From positions 32,001 to 96,000 of the forward strand of contig JARVGK010000009.1 in NCBI GenBank assembly GCA_029762535.1: a DNA stretch of 64,000 bases. The letters run 5' to 3'. Positions 48,423 through 59,894 of the stretch are shown here, piece by piece (the stretch's first letter is position 1; every line of letters starts with the position of its first letter). The translations under genes were made by a program, and so were the position numbers. This DNA comes from Thermoplasmatota archaeon. Lineage in GTDB: Archaea > Thermoplasmatota > Penumbrarchaeia > Penumbrarchaeales > Penumbrarchaeaceae. The notes beneath the pieces are model-generated. The model was given only the letters and a program-made list of their open reading frames with translations. It did no database searches and was not told the origin of the DNA.

Positions 48423-51400
48423 ATGGATGATTGTACAAGTTCGATGCTGTGCAGGTATTCTGCATACGTCCTGATCGTGGTCCTGATGGTCCTACCGACA
48501 ATACAGAACATCGGAGGGCTCAAGATCACGGATTCGATGATATCGGAGGGAGTGAACCATCCGGATGGCCCGCTCATCGGCATGATAACCGATATCGACC
48601 AGAGGTTGATGGACGATCTGATCGTATCCTATCCAGACTCTGACCTGAACGGCACCGGCTCTGGAGAGCTGCAGGTGTTCTTCGGGGAGGGGAACCCTTT
48701 GATGGACCTGGAACCGTCCAAGGCCGACATAACCATCATCGGCAGGCAGGGCTGGAGGCTGGGGGCCAGTTTCGCTTCTTGGGATTTCAACAGCAACGGT
48801 TGGAACGATCTTGTGATCGGCTGTCCCGGAGCGGGAAAGGTCCTGATCTTCGATTCTCTTAAGATCGCCATATCGGTCAAGGGAAGGGTCTTCTTGGACT
48901 CCGATGCCGACTGGGTCCTTGAATCGGACGGCACCAACGAATTCGGCACGGCCCTGCACGCAGCGGAGTTCAGTGGGGACAATAAACAGGACCTCATGGT
49001 CCTCTCAACCAGGAACTCAACGGTGTCGCCCACCGTGACCGCATATTTGGGCGGCAGCCTCCCGGAGCGGGGAGTGACCTTTACCCTACCTATCAACTCC
49101 GTCACCTCATCGACGCGCACGACCAGCGTTGACATCGAAGGCAGAGGACACGATGCCCTCGTGTTCTCCGCTCCCGAGCATGCCTCCGTAAAATGGCTGT
49201 ACCTGGACGTCGAGAACAGGGCAATTGTATTACCTGGATCGGACCCGGAAGGGACCGTAAGGTTCGATGGAACGATCGCCTCCTCGGGCAACACCTTTGG
49301 ATGGGATGGGGATGATGACGGATGGGACACTTCACCGGCACACGTATATGACGATAAGTCGGGGACCGCTTCCGTAAGGTACAATCAGGCAACGGGAAAC
49401 GTGGGGGGTTACAACAGGTCCGTCGATAGGGTCAAACAGCTTCAGATAGAGGTCGGAGGGGGCCTTCCGAACGGGGACGACATGTCCGGCGCTTACGGGG
49501 CCACGTTCCACCTCACCCAGGACGATGTCCTGGGGGCGAACGCCGCCATACTCTCCTTCAATTACCTGTACGAGAACTGGGGTTTCGAGAACGATGAGAG
49601 GATCTGGGTCAAGGGAAGGCTGTGGAATTCGAACGGCGACGAAAAATGGTTAGGCAGGCACATGGACTCCAACCCCGAGCCGGACCCCACCGAAGAGATA
49701 TTCACAATGAGGGGTATAAACCAAGGGGGCCAGGGGATCAACACCGCAGGCAGCGGACTTTATTCGGCGGACATGCTCGAACATCTAAGCGGAGCGGGGA
49801 AGTATTATATCGACATGGGTGGAAAGATATCGAGGTGGACCAACAATGTAGAGAGGGCGGCGTTCTGTTTCGATAACGTATCCTTCACCATAGTTCGCAT
49901 CAACGTATCGACCAGGTCGATATCGGGGATGGGGGGACTCGGAAGCGCACTTCACTCCCAGGACGTGGATCTTGACGGTCACAGTGACCTCCTCATCTCG
50001 TCCCCCGCTGATGGGACGGTCAGGATATTCCTAGGGGGCGATCCACACTGGGGGACGCATCAATCCTACAACGCGTTCCAATGCAACACCACCCTCAAAG
50101 GAAAGACCACCCAGGGCTTCGGCGCTTCGATGGCCTACATGCCAAAGACCCCTTTCAGCTTCTACCCATCCCTTCTTGTGTCCGATCCCAACGACCCGGT
50201 CGAAGGCGGCGGATCAGGAGCGCTCTATCATTATCTCTGCCCCCTTCCGGAAGGCGATGTGATGCCCGATGCAGCCAGGGACATATACAACTCCCCTGAT
50301 GGTATGGAGTCCTTCGGTTTCCAGGTCGTATTCGTCGGGGACCGGGACTACGACGATTATCCGGAATGGAGGGCCCTTTCCTGGTCCGAACAGGGGAATC
50401 TTACCGTATCGAACGTGGATCCCTCCCCCAACGCCCCTTACCTGAGATTGGTCCACCCAAGGGCTTTGATGCAGGTGAAGGGCTTGGTGGAGATCAGGGT
50501 GGAGGTGTATGACCGCGACGGCGACTCCGATCCGTACGACCTCAAGGTCTATCGTTCCCTTGACAACAGGACATGGATATACCTCAACGATGTCCACAGG
50601 GTCGAGGACGATGTGGCGATGGTCCTATGGAACACCTCGAGGTTCGAGAACGGAGGGCATTTCCTGAAGTTTTCGCTCCGGGACGCCTTCGGCCTGGAGA
50701 CGGTCATATATTCGAACAGGATCGATGTGATCAACCATCGGCCGCCCCAGCTTACCCTGGCCTATCCTCTCGATGGGGACATCATGTCCGAAGAGGTCTC
50801 CATAACCGCAAGGACGGTAGTATCGAGCTGGGACGTGTTGTCCTCGCCCGTGAGGTTCTTCATGAGCAGGGATGGCGAGAACTTCACATCCCTAACCAGC
50901 CTCAACGTCCCCGATGATGAGCTTCTATCGAGGGAGTTCGTAGTCTATTTCAACACGTTCGAGCACGATGACGGCCCGATATGGTTCATGGTCAACGTCA
51001 CAACGGAATACGGGCTGGGTACCCAGGTAAGGAATTCGATGCCGGCCTTCATAGATAACGACTATCCCCCAAACGTCACGTTCCAATATCCTGCCCCGGG
51101 TTCCACCGTAAAGGGGACCATCAACGTTACCGCCAGGATCGTCGATCGCGACATGGACCACATCCTTCCCCCCGTGCTTAATATCAGAGCGGAGGGAGAG
51201 GATTGGGTAGCGATAGGGGACATGGGGCAGGATGGGGATACGTTCTTCTTCGAATGGGACACCACTACAGTGGAGAATGGGCATCACGATCTAGCGATCG
51301 ATATCTCCGACCTCTCGCTGAACAACGTCTTTGAGCTGCTTGAGGACGGGGTCGTGGTCCACAACCCCTATCCACCCAGCGTCACGTTCGAGGATATCGG

Positions 51401-52556
51401 GTCCGGAGAGATGATAAGGGGAGACCTGAGGATCAGGGCGTTCGTGAACGACAGGGATCTCAACATAGCTCCAGAAGGGATCTCATTCTACTACAAGGCC
51501 CAGGGTTCCAGTTCATGGACGCGCATAGACGGGGCCATCATCAGGGACAGGTATGCGGAAACGGTCTGGTACACGAGGACAGTGCCCAACGGCAGGTACG
51601 ACCTGAGGGTGGACGTCAGGGACCAGGACAACCTCTCAGCGACGGATATCATCGAGGGGGTCACGGTAGACAACGCGTACCCGCCAAATGTCTCACCCCA
51701 CAAGATCCCTTACCCAGGATCGAAGCTTTCCGGCGAGGTCACGCTGATGTTCAACGTTAGCGACGATGAGCCTGTCGATGTGAACGATATCATGATCGAG
51801 GTGTTCACCCTTACGACATGGGAGAAGCTCGAAGGCGTCTCCGTCCATCCGGACAGCCTGGCCTTCGTACCATGGGGCAACATGACCTATTATGTCGTCT
51901 GGGACACCCTCGAGAAAGGGCTGGCAGGGCACAGACGCTTTCCCGATTATCAGGGATATCTTCTGAGGATCAACGTCACGGACGCCGATGGTGAGGTTGC
52001 GTCATGGCAGACCTCGGAGTCATACGAGGTTCTCAATCAAGAGAGCGATCATAGCGGTTTACTCGAAGGGCCCAGCAGGACCTGGTTGATCGCCGCCATC
52101 TTCTTCGGGGTGGTGTTCATCCTCCTCATACTCCTGCTCCTTTTCTTCCTTGTCTTCGCCGAAGGCAGATCTCCGAGGAAGGGGGAGGAGGCGTTCATAC
52201 CCGCGATCACCGCACCGCCTCCCTTGCCTCCGGAGCCGGCCAAGGCTCCGGTAGAACCCAGCGCCGCCGACATCTACGCTCCGGTCACCGGTCTGGGCGA
52301 GCAGGCACAGACACCACCCAGCATCGAGGAACTGGAAGATCACTTCGATGCCATGAACATCGCTCAAGAAGCGAAGGCGCCTCCGGAGCCGATCGAGAGG
52401 ATAAGGTCCGAACCGAGCCCGCCAAGGAAGCGCGGGTTCAGGTACGAGGGCATGGACATCGACTCGATACTGCCATCGAGCGTCCTTCCCAAAAAGCTTC
52501 GAGTCGAAGAGGAAGAGGATTGGGGAGAGGACGAGTTCGAGGATTGGGAGGAATGA
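48423..52556 (+). CDS. Large surface protein with FG-GAP-like repeats, Ig-like repeats, TM and acidic tail
   Basis: DFNSNGWNDLVIGCP, DVDLDGHSDLLISSP; repeated W.T....NG units. Confidence 0.82.
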   Translation: MDDCTSSMLCRYSAYVLIVVLMVLPTIQNIGGLKITDSMISEGVNHPDGPLIGMITDIDQRLMDDLIVSYPDSDLNGTGSGELQVFFGEGNPLMDLEPSKADITIIGRQGWRLGASFASWDFNSNGWNDLVIGCPGAGKVLIFDSLKIAISVKGRVFLDSDADWVLESDGTNEFGTALHAAEFSGDNKQDLMVLSTRNSTVSPTVTAYLGGSLPERGVTFTLPINSVTSSTRTTSVDIEGRGHDALVFSAPEHASVKWLYLDVENRAIVLPGSDPEGTVRFDGTIASSGNTFGWDGDDDGWDTSPAHVYDDKSGTASVRYNQATGNVGGYNRSVDRVKQLQIEVGGGLPNGDDMSGAYGATFHLTQDDVLGANAAILSFNYLYENWGFENDERIWVKGRLWNSNGDEKWLGRHMDSNPEPDPTEEIFTMRGINQGGQGINTAGSGLYSADMLEHLSGAGKYYIDMGGKISRWTNNVERAAFCFDNVSFTIVRINVSTRSISGMGGLGSALHSQDVDLDGHSDLLISSPADGTVRIFLGGDPHWGTHQSYNAFQCNTTLKGKTTQGFGASMAYMPKTPFSFYPSLLVSDPNDPVEGGGSGALYHYLCPLPEGDVMPDAARDIYNSPDGMESFGFQVVFVGDRDYDDYPEWRALSWSEQGNLTVSNVDPSPNAPYLRLVHPRALMQVKGLVEIRVEVYDRDGDSDPYDLKVYRSLDNRTWIYLNDVHRVEDDVAMVLWNTSRFENGGHFLKFSLRDAFGLETVIYSNRIDVINHRPPQLTLAYPLDGDIMSEEVSITARTVVSSWDVLSSPVRFFMSRDGENFTSLTSLNVPDDELLSREFVVYFNTFEHDDGPIWFMVNVTTEYGLGTQVRNSMPAFIDNDYPPNVTFQYPAPGSTVKGTINVTARIVDRDMDHILPPVLNIRAEGEDWVAIGDMGQDGDTFFFEWDTTTVENGHHDLAIDISDLSLNNVFELLEDGVVVHNPYPPSVTFEDIGSGEMIRGDLRIRAFVNDRDLNIAPEGISFYYKAQGSSSWTRIDGAIIRDRYAETVWYTRTVPNGRYDLRVDVRDQDNLSATDIIEGVTVDNAYPPNVSPHKIPYPGSKLSGEVTLMFNVSDDEPVDVNDIMIEVFTLTTWEKLEGVSVHPDSLAFVPWGNMTYYVVWDTLEKGLAGHRRFPDYQGYLLRINVTDADGEVASWQTSESYEVLNQESDHSGLLEGPSRTWLIAAIFFGVVFILLILLLLFFLVFAEGRSPRKGEEAFIPAITAPPPLPPEPAKAPVEPSAADIYAPVTGLGEQAQTPPSIEELEDHFDAMNIAQEAKAPPEPIERIRSEPSPPRKRGFRYEGMDIDSILPSSVLPKKLRVEEEEDWGEDEFEDWEE

Positions 52557-52604
52557 CAGCATAAGGGACATATATCCCCTTCAGTCTACGGTAAGCCGGG
52601 AAGA

Positions 52605-54659
52605 ATGAACAAAGGCACGATCGCTTTGGTTGCGCTACTGATCGCAATGCCCTTTCTGAACAGCGCTCAGGGCCAGGCTGGGATAGTCCTCATCATAGTG
52701 TCGCCCGAGAGGGACAGTGTCATCTCGGGTGAGGCCCCTTTCGGGATCGCCTACGACAATCCGATGGGATCCAACCTGAGCATATCGCTTCTGATATCCG
52801 AGGACCCACTCTCGGAGGATTGGGGTATCATAGGCGCATCGACAACCACCAGCACCTCCGGGACGATCGATATATCCTTCGATACGACAGCGGTCAGGAA
52901 CGGACAGTATCATTTCAGAGCGAGGGCGGATCATTCTACTGGCCACGTCACAAGCGATGTTTACGGCCCTGTAACGGTGTTCAACCCTCAGTATCCATTC
53001 ATAAAATGGATATCCCCTGCAACCGGGAATACCATCACTGGCAATTTCACCCTGAAGGCCAATATCACGGGCGATCACGGAGGGTTCGCGTCCACGCCCA
53101 TGTTCCTATATTCCAGGGATCCTGCCGATGGATGGACCCTCATCGGCCAGGGCTGCCTCGTCGAGAATTCGACCGTGTGGACCTGCATATGGAGGACATG
53201 GGGCATCCCGGATGGTGCCATTTACCTGAAGGCCAATGCCACAAGCGCCCACGGCCTCTATTCCGAGGCGGTCATCGGACCCATCTCACTTGACAACGAA
53301 TACCCTCCATCCGTTGAACTTCTGACGCCCCAGGAGGGCATGACCCTCAGCGGAACGATCACGTTGAAGGCGACGGCATACGATCCCGATGACAATATCG
53401 ACAGAGACGGCGTTGTCTTCTTCTACTCTTCGGAGGGCGATGAGGGATTGAGGAGAATTGGCAACGATGCGGATCCCAAGAACGGAGAATATTCCATAAA
53501 TTGGAACACGAGCAGGGTCCCCAACGGCCGTTATTCGCTTTGGGCCTATGCCAGGGACACTGGAAAGCCGTCCACCGCCTCCTGGCACAGGCACAATGTA
53601 TCGATAATGAACCCACTGACGGTCCTTAGAATACGTTCCATCGGCCGGTCCGAGAATGCCTGGGAGGTGGAGGTCGTTATGCCGGAGGCACATCTGGCTT
53701 ACCCCTTAACGATCAGGATCGAGGTCGATCCCGGCACCGGTTTCAGGTTCTCGAACCGCATCGAGGTGGGATCCGAACCGGTAGAGGCGGGACCCTTCCG
53801 CTTCAGGGCCAAGATCCCCACCAACGGAATGCCGGAGGGCAACATATCGGTGAGGGTCACCGTAATGGACAGGGCAGGGGCCTCCGGTTCGTTCCTCGCC
53901 AGGGACCTGTTCTGGTTCCATCCTCTCATACGTCCTATGGTCAGAGTACTCCGACCCTTGGGAGCTCTGAAGGGCAACGCCTCTATACTGGCCGAGGTGA
54001 CGGATGATGACATTCCGCTCAGCGGTCCCGTATATTTCTCCTACTCCGGCGACAACAGGTCCTGGGCTCTTATCGGAAAGGGGTCCTTCTTCCAGGGAAA
54101 CACTTACAAGGTCATATGGAACACATTTCTCGTCCCCAACGGCACTTATTTCATCAGGGCCAACCACACGGACAGGGACGGGCTCGAGGCGGAGGCGTTC
54201 TTGGGAGGATTCGAGGTGAAGAACGAGATCGGACCTGCCGATGGCCCCCCAGCTGCTGTTGAGAAATGGTACGAGACGCCGAAAGGTATCCTTTACGTGT
54301 TGTCCGCGGCAATACTGGTGTCAGGACTTGCCGCAGCGGTGATCGCTCTGACCGTTGGACTGGTCAAGAAGGACCTGACCCGCAGGGAGAGGAAGAGAAA
54401 GGCCGCTGAGGATCGCAGGAGGCAGGAGAATATGGTCCACAGGGCAAGGGCCAGGGAGAAGGAATTGAGCCGGGTCATGACGATAGGGTCCAAGTTCGAG
54501 GAGCCTGTTAGGAAACCGGCCCCCAGGGGAGCTGTGCCCCTGAAGCCCGCGGAGATGGGGATAAAGAAGAAGGATGACATTCCCCAAGAGACCGCTGCAG
54601 CGCCAAGGATACAGGAGTTCGAGGAGCCCGCCAGCCCACAATACGAGTACATCAAATGA
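52605..54659 (+). CDS. Ig-like repeat surface protein with TM and charged cytoplasmic tail
   Basis: Signal peptide; repeated WNT..VPNG.Y units. Confidence 0.82.
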   Translation: MNKGTIALVALLIAMPFLNSAQGQAGIVLIIVSPERDSVISGEAPFGIAYDNPMGSNLSISLLISEDPLSEDWGIIGASTTTSTSGTIDISFDTTAVRNGQYHFRARADHSTGHVTSDVYGPVTVFNPQYPFIKWISPATGNTITGNFTLKANITGDHGGFASTPMFLYSRDPADGWTLIGQGCLVENSTVWTCIWRTWGIPDGAIYLKANATSAHGLYSEAVIGPISLDNEYPPSVELLTPQEGMTLSGTITLKATAYDPDDNIDRDGVVFFYSSEGDEGLRRIGNDADPKNGEYSINWNTSRVPNGRYSLWAYARDTGKPSTASWHRHNVSIMNPLTVLRIRSIGRSENAWEVEVVMPEAHLAYPLTIRIEVDPGTGFRFSNRIEVGSEPVEAGPFRFRAKIPTNGMPEGNISVRVTVMDRAGASGSFLARDLFWFHPLIRPMVRVLRPLGALKGNASILAEVTDDDIPLSGPVYFSYSGDNRSWALIGKGSFFQGNTYKVIWNTFLVPNGTYFIRANHTDRDGLEAEAFLGGFEVKNEIGPADGPPAAVEKWYETPKGILYVLSAAILVSGLAAAVIALTVGLVKKDLTRRERKRKAAEDRRRQENMVHRARAREKELSRVMTIGSKFEEPVRKPAPRGAVPLKPAEMGIKKKDDIPQETAAAPRIQEFEEPASPQYEYIK

Positions 54660-54719
54660 TGCGCGATGTCCATTCCTTTGTAAAAGGAACGTTCCAATCT
54701 TCTTTATTATTAAAATGCG

Positions 54720-55634
54720 ATGATACCAATGATGTCGATCGGAGCATCTCCGTCAGAGCACAAGGTGCAAGGGGGAAGGAGGGGAGGGCATGGACCTCGA
54801 TCTATGTGGATCGTATCCGCGGCGATCGCGGTCCTCGTCCTCATCCCTTATGCGGCCTCGGCGTTCACGGACGAGGACCAAGACGGCATAGACGACGATT
54901 GGGAGAGGATATACGATCTCGATCCAACGGACCCGACGGACGCCGAGGAGGATCCCGACGGGGACGGTTTCACGAACCTTGAGGAATACAAAAACGGGAC
55001 CGATCCGACGGACCCCTATAGCTATCCGCGCGGACCCAATGACGGAACTGCTGAGGAAAAGGACGCATCGGGAATGGCCTCCTCCATTGGGGTGTGCATG
55101 TTCGTTCTGGGGTCCTCCGTGGTTCTTCTGATCATTTTCGGCATCTACACGAAGATCCGCAAGGAGAGGCTGCTCGATCACGAGACAAGGAAGAGGATCG
55201 TGGAGCATTTAAGGAGGAATCCCGGGGCCCATTACTCGGCGATCCTCGGCGATCTGGGACTGCCCCACGGGGTCCTGACCCATCACCTGAACATGCTCGA
55301 GTCCCAGGAGCTTGTATTCTCGAAGCAGGACAGGCATTACAGGAGATTCTACGTGGACGGCATGTACATGACCGGGCCTCTGATCCTGGGCACACAGAAG
55401 GCGATATTGGACGAGATCAGGAGATCCCCGGGGAGGAGCCAGAGCGAGGTGGCCAGAAAGCTTGGGATCAGCCGGATGGTGGTGTATTACCATATAACGG
55501 AGCTTGAGAAGATGGGGCTTGCCTCCGCGAGAAAGGACGGGAGGTCGACCGGTCTTTATCCCTCCCCGGTTTTACCGGGGGATATGCCGGGATCCGGCCT
55601 TCATAGTAGCAGAACAGGAATCGAGAACGTGTGA
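54720..55634 (+). CDS. Membrane-spanning regulator: extracellular Asp-rich Ca-binding motifs, TM, tandem wHTH
   Basis: DEDQDGIDDDWE, DPDGDGFTNLEEY; TM; RKRIVEHLRRNPG and SQSEVARKLGIS; start uncertain. Confidence 0.83.
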   Translation: MIPMMSIGASPSEHKVQGGRRGGHGPRSMWIVSAAIAVLVLIPYAASAFTDEDQDGIDDDWERIYDLDPTDPTDAEEDPDGDGFTNLEEYKNGTDPTDPYSYPRGPNDGTAEEKDASGMASSIGVCMFVLGSSVVLLIIFGIYTKIRKERLLDHETRKRIVEHLRRNPGAHYSAILGDLGLPHGVLTHHLNMLESQELVFSKQDRHYRRFYVDGMYMTGPLILGTQKAILDEIRRSPGRSQSEVARKLGISRMVVYYHITELEKMGLASARKDGRSTGLYPSPVLPGDMPGSGLHSSRTGIENV

Positions 55635-55794
55635 GAACCGATCTCCCCCTTTCCGGATCGTTCCAATAAAAAACCAAAGATTATATATTCGCCGAAGAGG
55701 AATGGATCCCATCTGTATGTTTGTTAAATCGTTCCCGGATATTCCACATTGGATCTTCCGGGGATCCAAATGAAAGTAAAAAAAAGGTGAGTAT

Positions 55795-58700
55795 ATGGTA
55801 TATAAAAGGATCATCCCGCTATGTTCGATCCTCATCCTGATCTTATCAGCGATCCCCGTCATGCGAAACGAAAACGCAGAAGGCAAGAATGGATCCTTTG
55901 GAGGCGGTTCGGGGACCGTGGCGGATCCGTATATCATTGAAGATGTATGGGATCTACAGGCGATGAAGAACGACACCAAAGCGCATTACGCTCTATCGAA
56001 TGATATAGATGCATCGGACACTGAGAATTGGAATGGAGGTGCTGGATTCGAACCCGTCGGAACAATGCCAGACGTTTTTTCCGGTTCTTTGGAAGGAGGA
56101 GGTTATAGTATCATCTCTTTATTTATCAATAGATCCTCAGCATCGTATATAGGTCTATTCGCATCGACCCAGACAGGCAGCCGAATAGCAAACCTGAGCT
56201 TGATCGATCTGAGAGTATCGGGATGGGATTCCGTTGGGGGTCTTGTGGGTCTCAATAGGGCTTCGATCCGCAACTGTATCCTATCGGGAACAGTTGTGGG
56301 ATCTTCTTATAGGGCAGGTGGATTATCAGGGGTGAACCGAGGAATGATAAATAATTCCTCATTCAGTGGAGATGTCACTGGGAAAGCTTATACTGGAGGG
56401 GTGGTTGGTGATAATTATGAATTGATCGTCGGATGTTATTCTTCGGCTAATGTTAGTGGAACGGATTATGTCGGAGGTCTAGCCGGAGGGGGGGGGGAAA
56501 TACATAATTCTTCAGCCTCATGTATAGTGATGGGCGGATATTCCGTAGGTGGACTTGCCGGTTATGGGCACATTATACATAATTCCTATTCGAAGTCGAA
56601 CGTTTCTGGATCTTCGATGGGCGGTCTGGTCGCTCAAGGCCATATTTCTATCTATAATTCCTACTACAACATTGATAAAGTAACCCTTAATGGCAAGCAC
56701 ATGGTCACGGATTGGGGACTGTTCGATAATCAATATAATGACTGGTTTTCCAATGATCTTTCCCTGAACATCTCTCACTATAACAACAGTATCGTCTTTT
56801 CCGGGGACCATTATACAATTAATTCTTTACAAGGTTTTAAGGACCTATTGGGGTTCAAAAACGAGCCCATACACGTTCGACTTGGCTCGGACATCGATAT
56901 GTCTAATATATCGGGCTTTTACATCCCATCTATGGCTATAAGCACTTTTGATGGTGGGGGGCATAACATATCCAATTTCAAGATAGATCAGGTCGATACC
57001 GGGCCGATGGGATTCATAGGAATATCGACAATTACCCACATTAAAGATTTGAAATTGAAGAACGTGAATATTACTGGAGATAATGATGTTGGAGGAATAG
57101 CTGGATGGTCCCAATCGGTTTTCACCAATGTCACTGTCGAGAACGTGAATATTACTGGAGATACAGATGTTGGAGGAATAGTTGGACGGTCCCAATCGTT
57201 TTTCACCAATGTCACTGTCGAGGGGAGCATCGAAGGATCCTCGCGTGTTGGTGGAGTAACAGGACTGAATTATGGGTCAGTATTGAACTCCTCTGCAAAT
57301 GTCTATATCGAGGGAGAGTACGAGGTAGGGGGGTTGGTTGGATGGAATCAAGGGATGGTGAATAATTCTTTTTCACTATCGAATATTTCAGGGGATTCGA
57401 ACGTTGGGGGACTTGTGGGTATGAATGACGGGACAATAGAAAGATGTTATGCCCAAAGTAGAGTAGAAGGTTCTAATGCAGGCGGTCTGGTCGGCAAAAA
57501 TTATAATGTTATTTCCGAATCGTTTTCGATCGGCAAGGCGACAGGGGAAAAAAACATAGGCGGTCTTGTAGGATATAATGGATATCACATATCGGATTCC
57601 TACTCTTGGGTTGATGTGGAAGGATCCCTTTATATTGGAGGGTTGATCGGATATCATAAGGGTGGAACGATTCAGAATTCATATTCATCAGGCAATGTAA
57701 CGGGCACGATAAGTGTTGGCGGATTGATCGGATACAAACTTAATTCCGATATAAATAACTGTTATTGGGATATGGATTCATCACATCAAACAGATAGCGC
57801 AGGAGGGAAAGGTTTCACTACGAATGACATGATGAAAAAGGATTCATATTACAGATGGGACTTTTTAAATATATGGTGTATCATAGAAACGACAACTTAT
57901 CCATTATTGAGATGGCAGGATAAGAGGCCGCCAATTGCTGATTGCGGTCCTGACATGATCTGCGATGTCGGGATCCCCGTACACTTCGATGGAAGTAGAA
58001 GTTCGGATGATACAGGGATCGCCAACTATACCTGGACGTTCAACGATGGATCGTATGATATCTATCTCTTTGGCATAGCTCCTTCACACAACTTCAGAAA
58101 GATGGGTATTATCAATGTCACACTGACGGTTACGGATCCGGTTGGCTTGTTGGATACGGACACACTGAAAATAACCTTGATAGATACTACAAGACCGATC
58201 GCCAATGCAGGGCCGGACCAGACAGTGGATGAGGATCAAGAAGTATCTTTCGATGGTAGCGCAAGCTCGGATAATTGTGAGATCATCAACTATACCTGGA
58301 CATTTCATGACGGGATCTCGGATAGGACCCTGTTCGGCATCTCTCCTTCACATCGGTTTGACATACCGGGAATATACTTGGTCTCTCTAAATGTGACCGA
58401 TGCGGTTGATCTCTATGATATCGACAACATGACCCTCACTGTCAAAGATTGCATCGATCCCGTTGCAGATGCAGGACCAGACCAAACGGTGAACGAGGGC
58501 GAAGAGGTGTTCTTCGACGGAAGCCGAAGCTCTGATGACGGGGGTATCTCCAATTACACATGGTTATTCACGGACATAACAACACCTGTTACCTTATTCG
58601 GTGTGAATCCCTCGTATACATTCCACACGCCGGGCACATATAACGTGATCTTGAAAGTCATTGATTTTGAACGATTCTGGGACACGGATTCCACGATGGT

Positions 58701-59877
58701 CCATGTAAGGGACATCACACCACCATTGGCCGATGCAGGACCGGACCAGATAATCGATGAAGGTTCCCCCATTTCATTCGACGGGAGCCTCAGCCGAGAT
58801 AACGTTCGAATTGACAACTACACATGGACTTTCACCGATGGATCTTTAACCACACTATATGGGATCGATCCAATATACACTTTCAACAATCCCGGGAACT
58901 ACACTGTAACGTTGAACGTCACGGATGCCGCAGGCAATTGGGCAACGGATACATTGACGGTTAGCGTGAATGATATTACCAAACCGTTCGCCGATGCGGG
59001 ACCGGATAGGATCGTGGATGAGGATACGACGTTCATATTCGATGGCAGTGGATCCTACGACAATGTGGGAATAGTCAACTTTACATGGAGCTTCAAGGAT
59101 GCAAACGATGATATCCAACTTTACGGGATGGATCCAACATACATCTTCAACCAACCCGGAATATATCAAATCTCTTTGAGGGTAACGGATGCTGGCGGAC
59201 TATGGTCCGTGGACACGTTCACCTTGACCGTGCGGGATATCACCTCACCTATTGCGAACGCAGGTTCGGATCGGATCGTCCCGGTCGGGAGTATAGTGGA
59301 ATTGAGCAGCATCGGTTCATCGGACAATTCCATTATTAAATACAAGATCTGGATGTTCATATACGACGACGAGGAGCATCACCTTGAAGGCATCAGTATC
59401 TCCTTCAAATTCGATATTGGGGGGATATATGAAATCTTTCTGAAGGTGATAGACATGTCCGACAATATAGGTGAGGATACTTTGACCATCACGGTCATTG
59501 ATACCGGGATCGTCACGGGAATCGTCCTCTATAGTGATGGAAAACCGGTCGGGGATGCCACCGTCGAGATAATGGACTCGAAAGGAAATGAACATATAAC
59601 ATCCACTCTTGTAAACGGATCCTTCTCGATCGAGATCCACCATGGGGCCTTCAAATGGCATATCATCAAGAAGGGATACGGGCCGATATCGGGGAACTCC
59701 TGCGTGGATCCCATGGAGGAGGTCCTGCTGGACCTCTCCGATCATCCAATGGTCAAGGAGAGGAGGGGAGGAGGAAATCTCCCGATCCTCATCGGGCTTG
59801 GGATCTTACTCCTACTGATACTGATCGGGATCGCCATCTATATGACAAGAAAGCGGGATCGATCCCTCGAGGAATAG
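55795..59877 (+). CDS. Surface protein: GLUG-motif beta-helix, six PKD domains, C-terminal TM
   Basis: Many VGGLVG repeats; six P.A.AG.D...FDGS.S.D...YTW-type units. Confidence 0.9.
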   Translation: MVYKRIIPLCSILILILSAIPVMRNENAEGKNGSFGGGSGTVADPYIIEDVWDLQAMKNDTKAHYALSNDIDASDTENWNGGAGFEPVGTMPDVFSGSLEGGGYSIISLFINRSSASYIGLFASTQTGSRIANLSLIDLRVSGWDSVGGLVGLNRASIRNCILSGTVVGSSYRAGGLSGVNRGMINNSSFSGDVTGKAYTGGVVGDNYELIVGCYSSANVSGTDYVGGLAGGGGEIHNSSASCIVMGGYSVGGLAGYGHIIHNSYSKSNVSGSSMGGLVAQGHISIYNSYYNIDKVTLNGKHMVTDWGLFDNQYNDWFSNDLSLNISHYNNSIVFSGDHYTINSLQGFKDLLGFKNEPIHVRLGSDIDMSNISGFYIPSMAISTFDGGGHNISNFKIDQVDTGPMGFIGISTITHIKDLKLKNVNITGDNDVGGIAGWSQSVFTNVTVENVNITGDTDVGGIVGRSQSFFTNVTVEGSIEGSSRVGGVTGLNYGSVLNSSANVYIEGEYEVGGLVGWNQGMVNNSFSLSNISGDSNVGGLVGMNDGTIERCYAQSRVEGSNAGGLVGKNYNVISESFSIGKATGEKNIGGLVGYNGYHISDSYSWVDVEGSLYIGGLIGYHKGGTIQNSYSSGNVTGTISVGGLIGYKLNSDINNCYWDMDSSHQTDSAGGKGFTTNDMMKKDSYYRWDFLNIWCIIETTTYPLLRWQDKRPPIADCGPDMICDVGIPVHFDGSRSSDDTGIANYTWTFNDGSYDIYLFGIAPSHNFRKMGIINVTLTVTDPVGLLDTDTLKITLIDTTRPIANAGPDQTVDEDQEVSFDGSASSDNCEIINYTWTFHDGISDRTLFGISPSHRFDIPGIYLVSLNVTDAVDLYDIDNMTLTVKDCIDPVADAGPDQTVNEGEEVFFDGSRSSDDGGISNYTWLFTDITTPVTLFGVNPSYTFHTPGTYNVILKVIDFERFWDTDSTMVHVRDITPPLADAGPDQIIDEGSPISFDGSLSRDNVRIDNYTWTFTDGSLTTLYGIDPIYTFNNPGNYTVTLNVTDAAGNWATDTLTVSVNDITKPFADAGPDRIVDEDTTFIFDGSGSYDNVGIVNFTWSFKDANDDIQLYGMDPTYIFNQPGIYQISLRVTDAGGLWSVDTFTLTVRDITSPIANAGSDRIVPVGSIVELSSIGSSDNSIIKYKIWMFIYDDEEHHLEGISISFKFDIGGIYEIFLKVIDMSDNIGEDTLTITVIDTGIVTGIVLYSDGKPVGDATVEIMDSKGNEHITSTLVNGSFSIEIHHGAFKWHIIKKGYGPISGNSCVDPMEEVLLDLSDHPMVKERRGGGNLPILIGLGILLLLILIGIAIYMTRKRDRSLEE
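57061..57222 (+). repeat. 81-bp tandem duplication within the GLUG region
   Basis: NVNITGDxDVGGIxGxSQSxFTNVTVE occurs twice. Confidence 0.9.
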
Positions 59878-59894
59878 ATCCCATCTACGGGATC

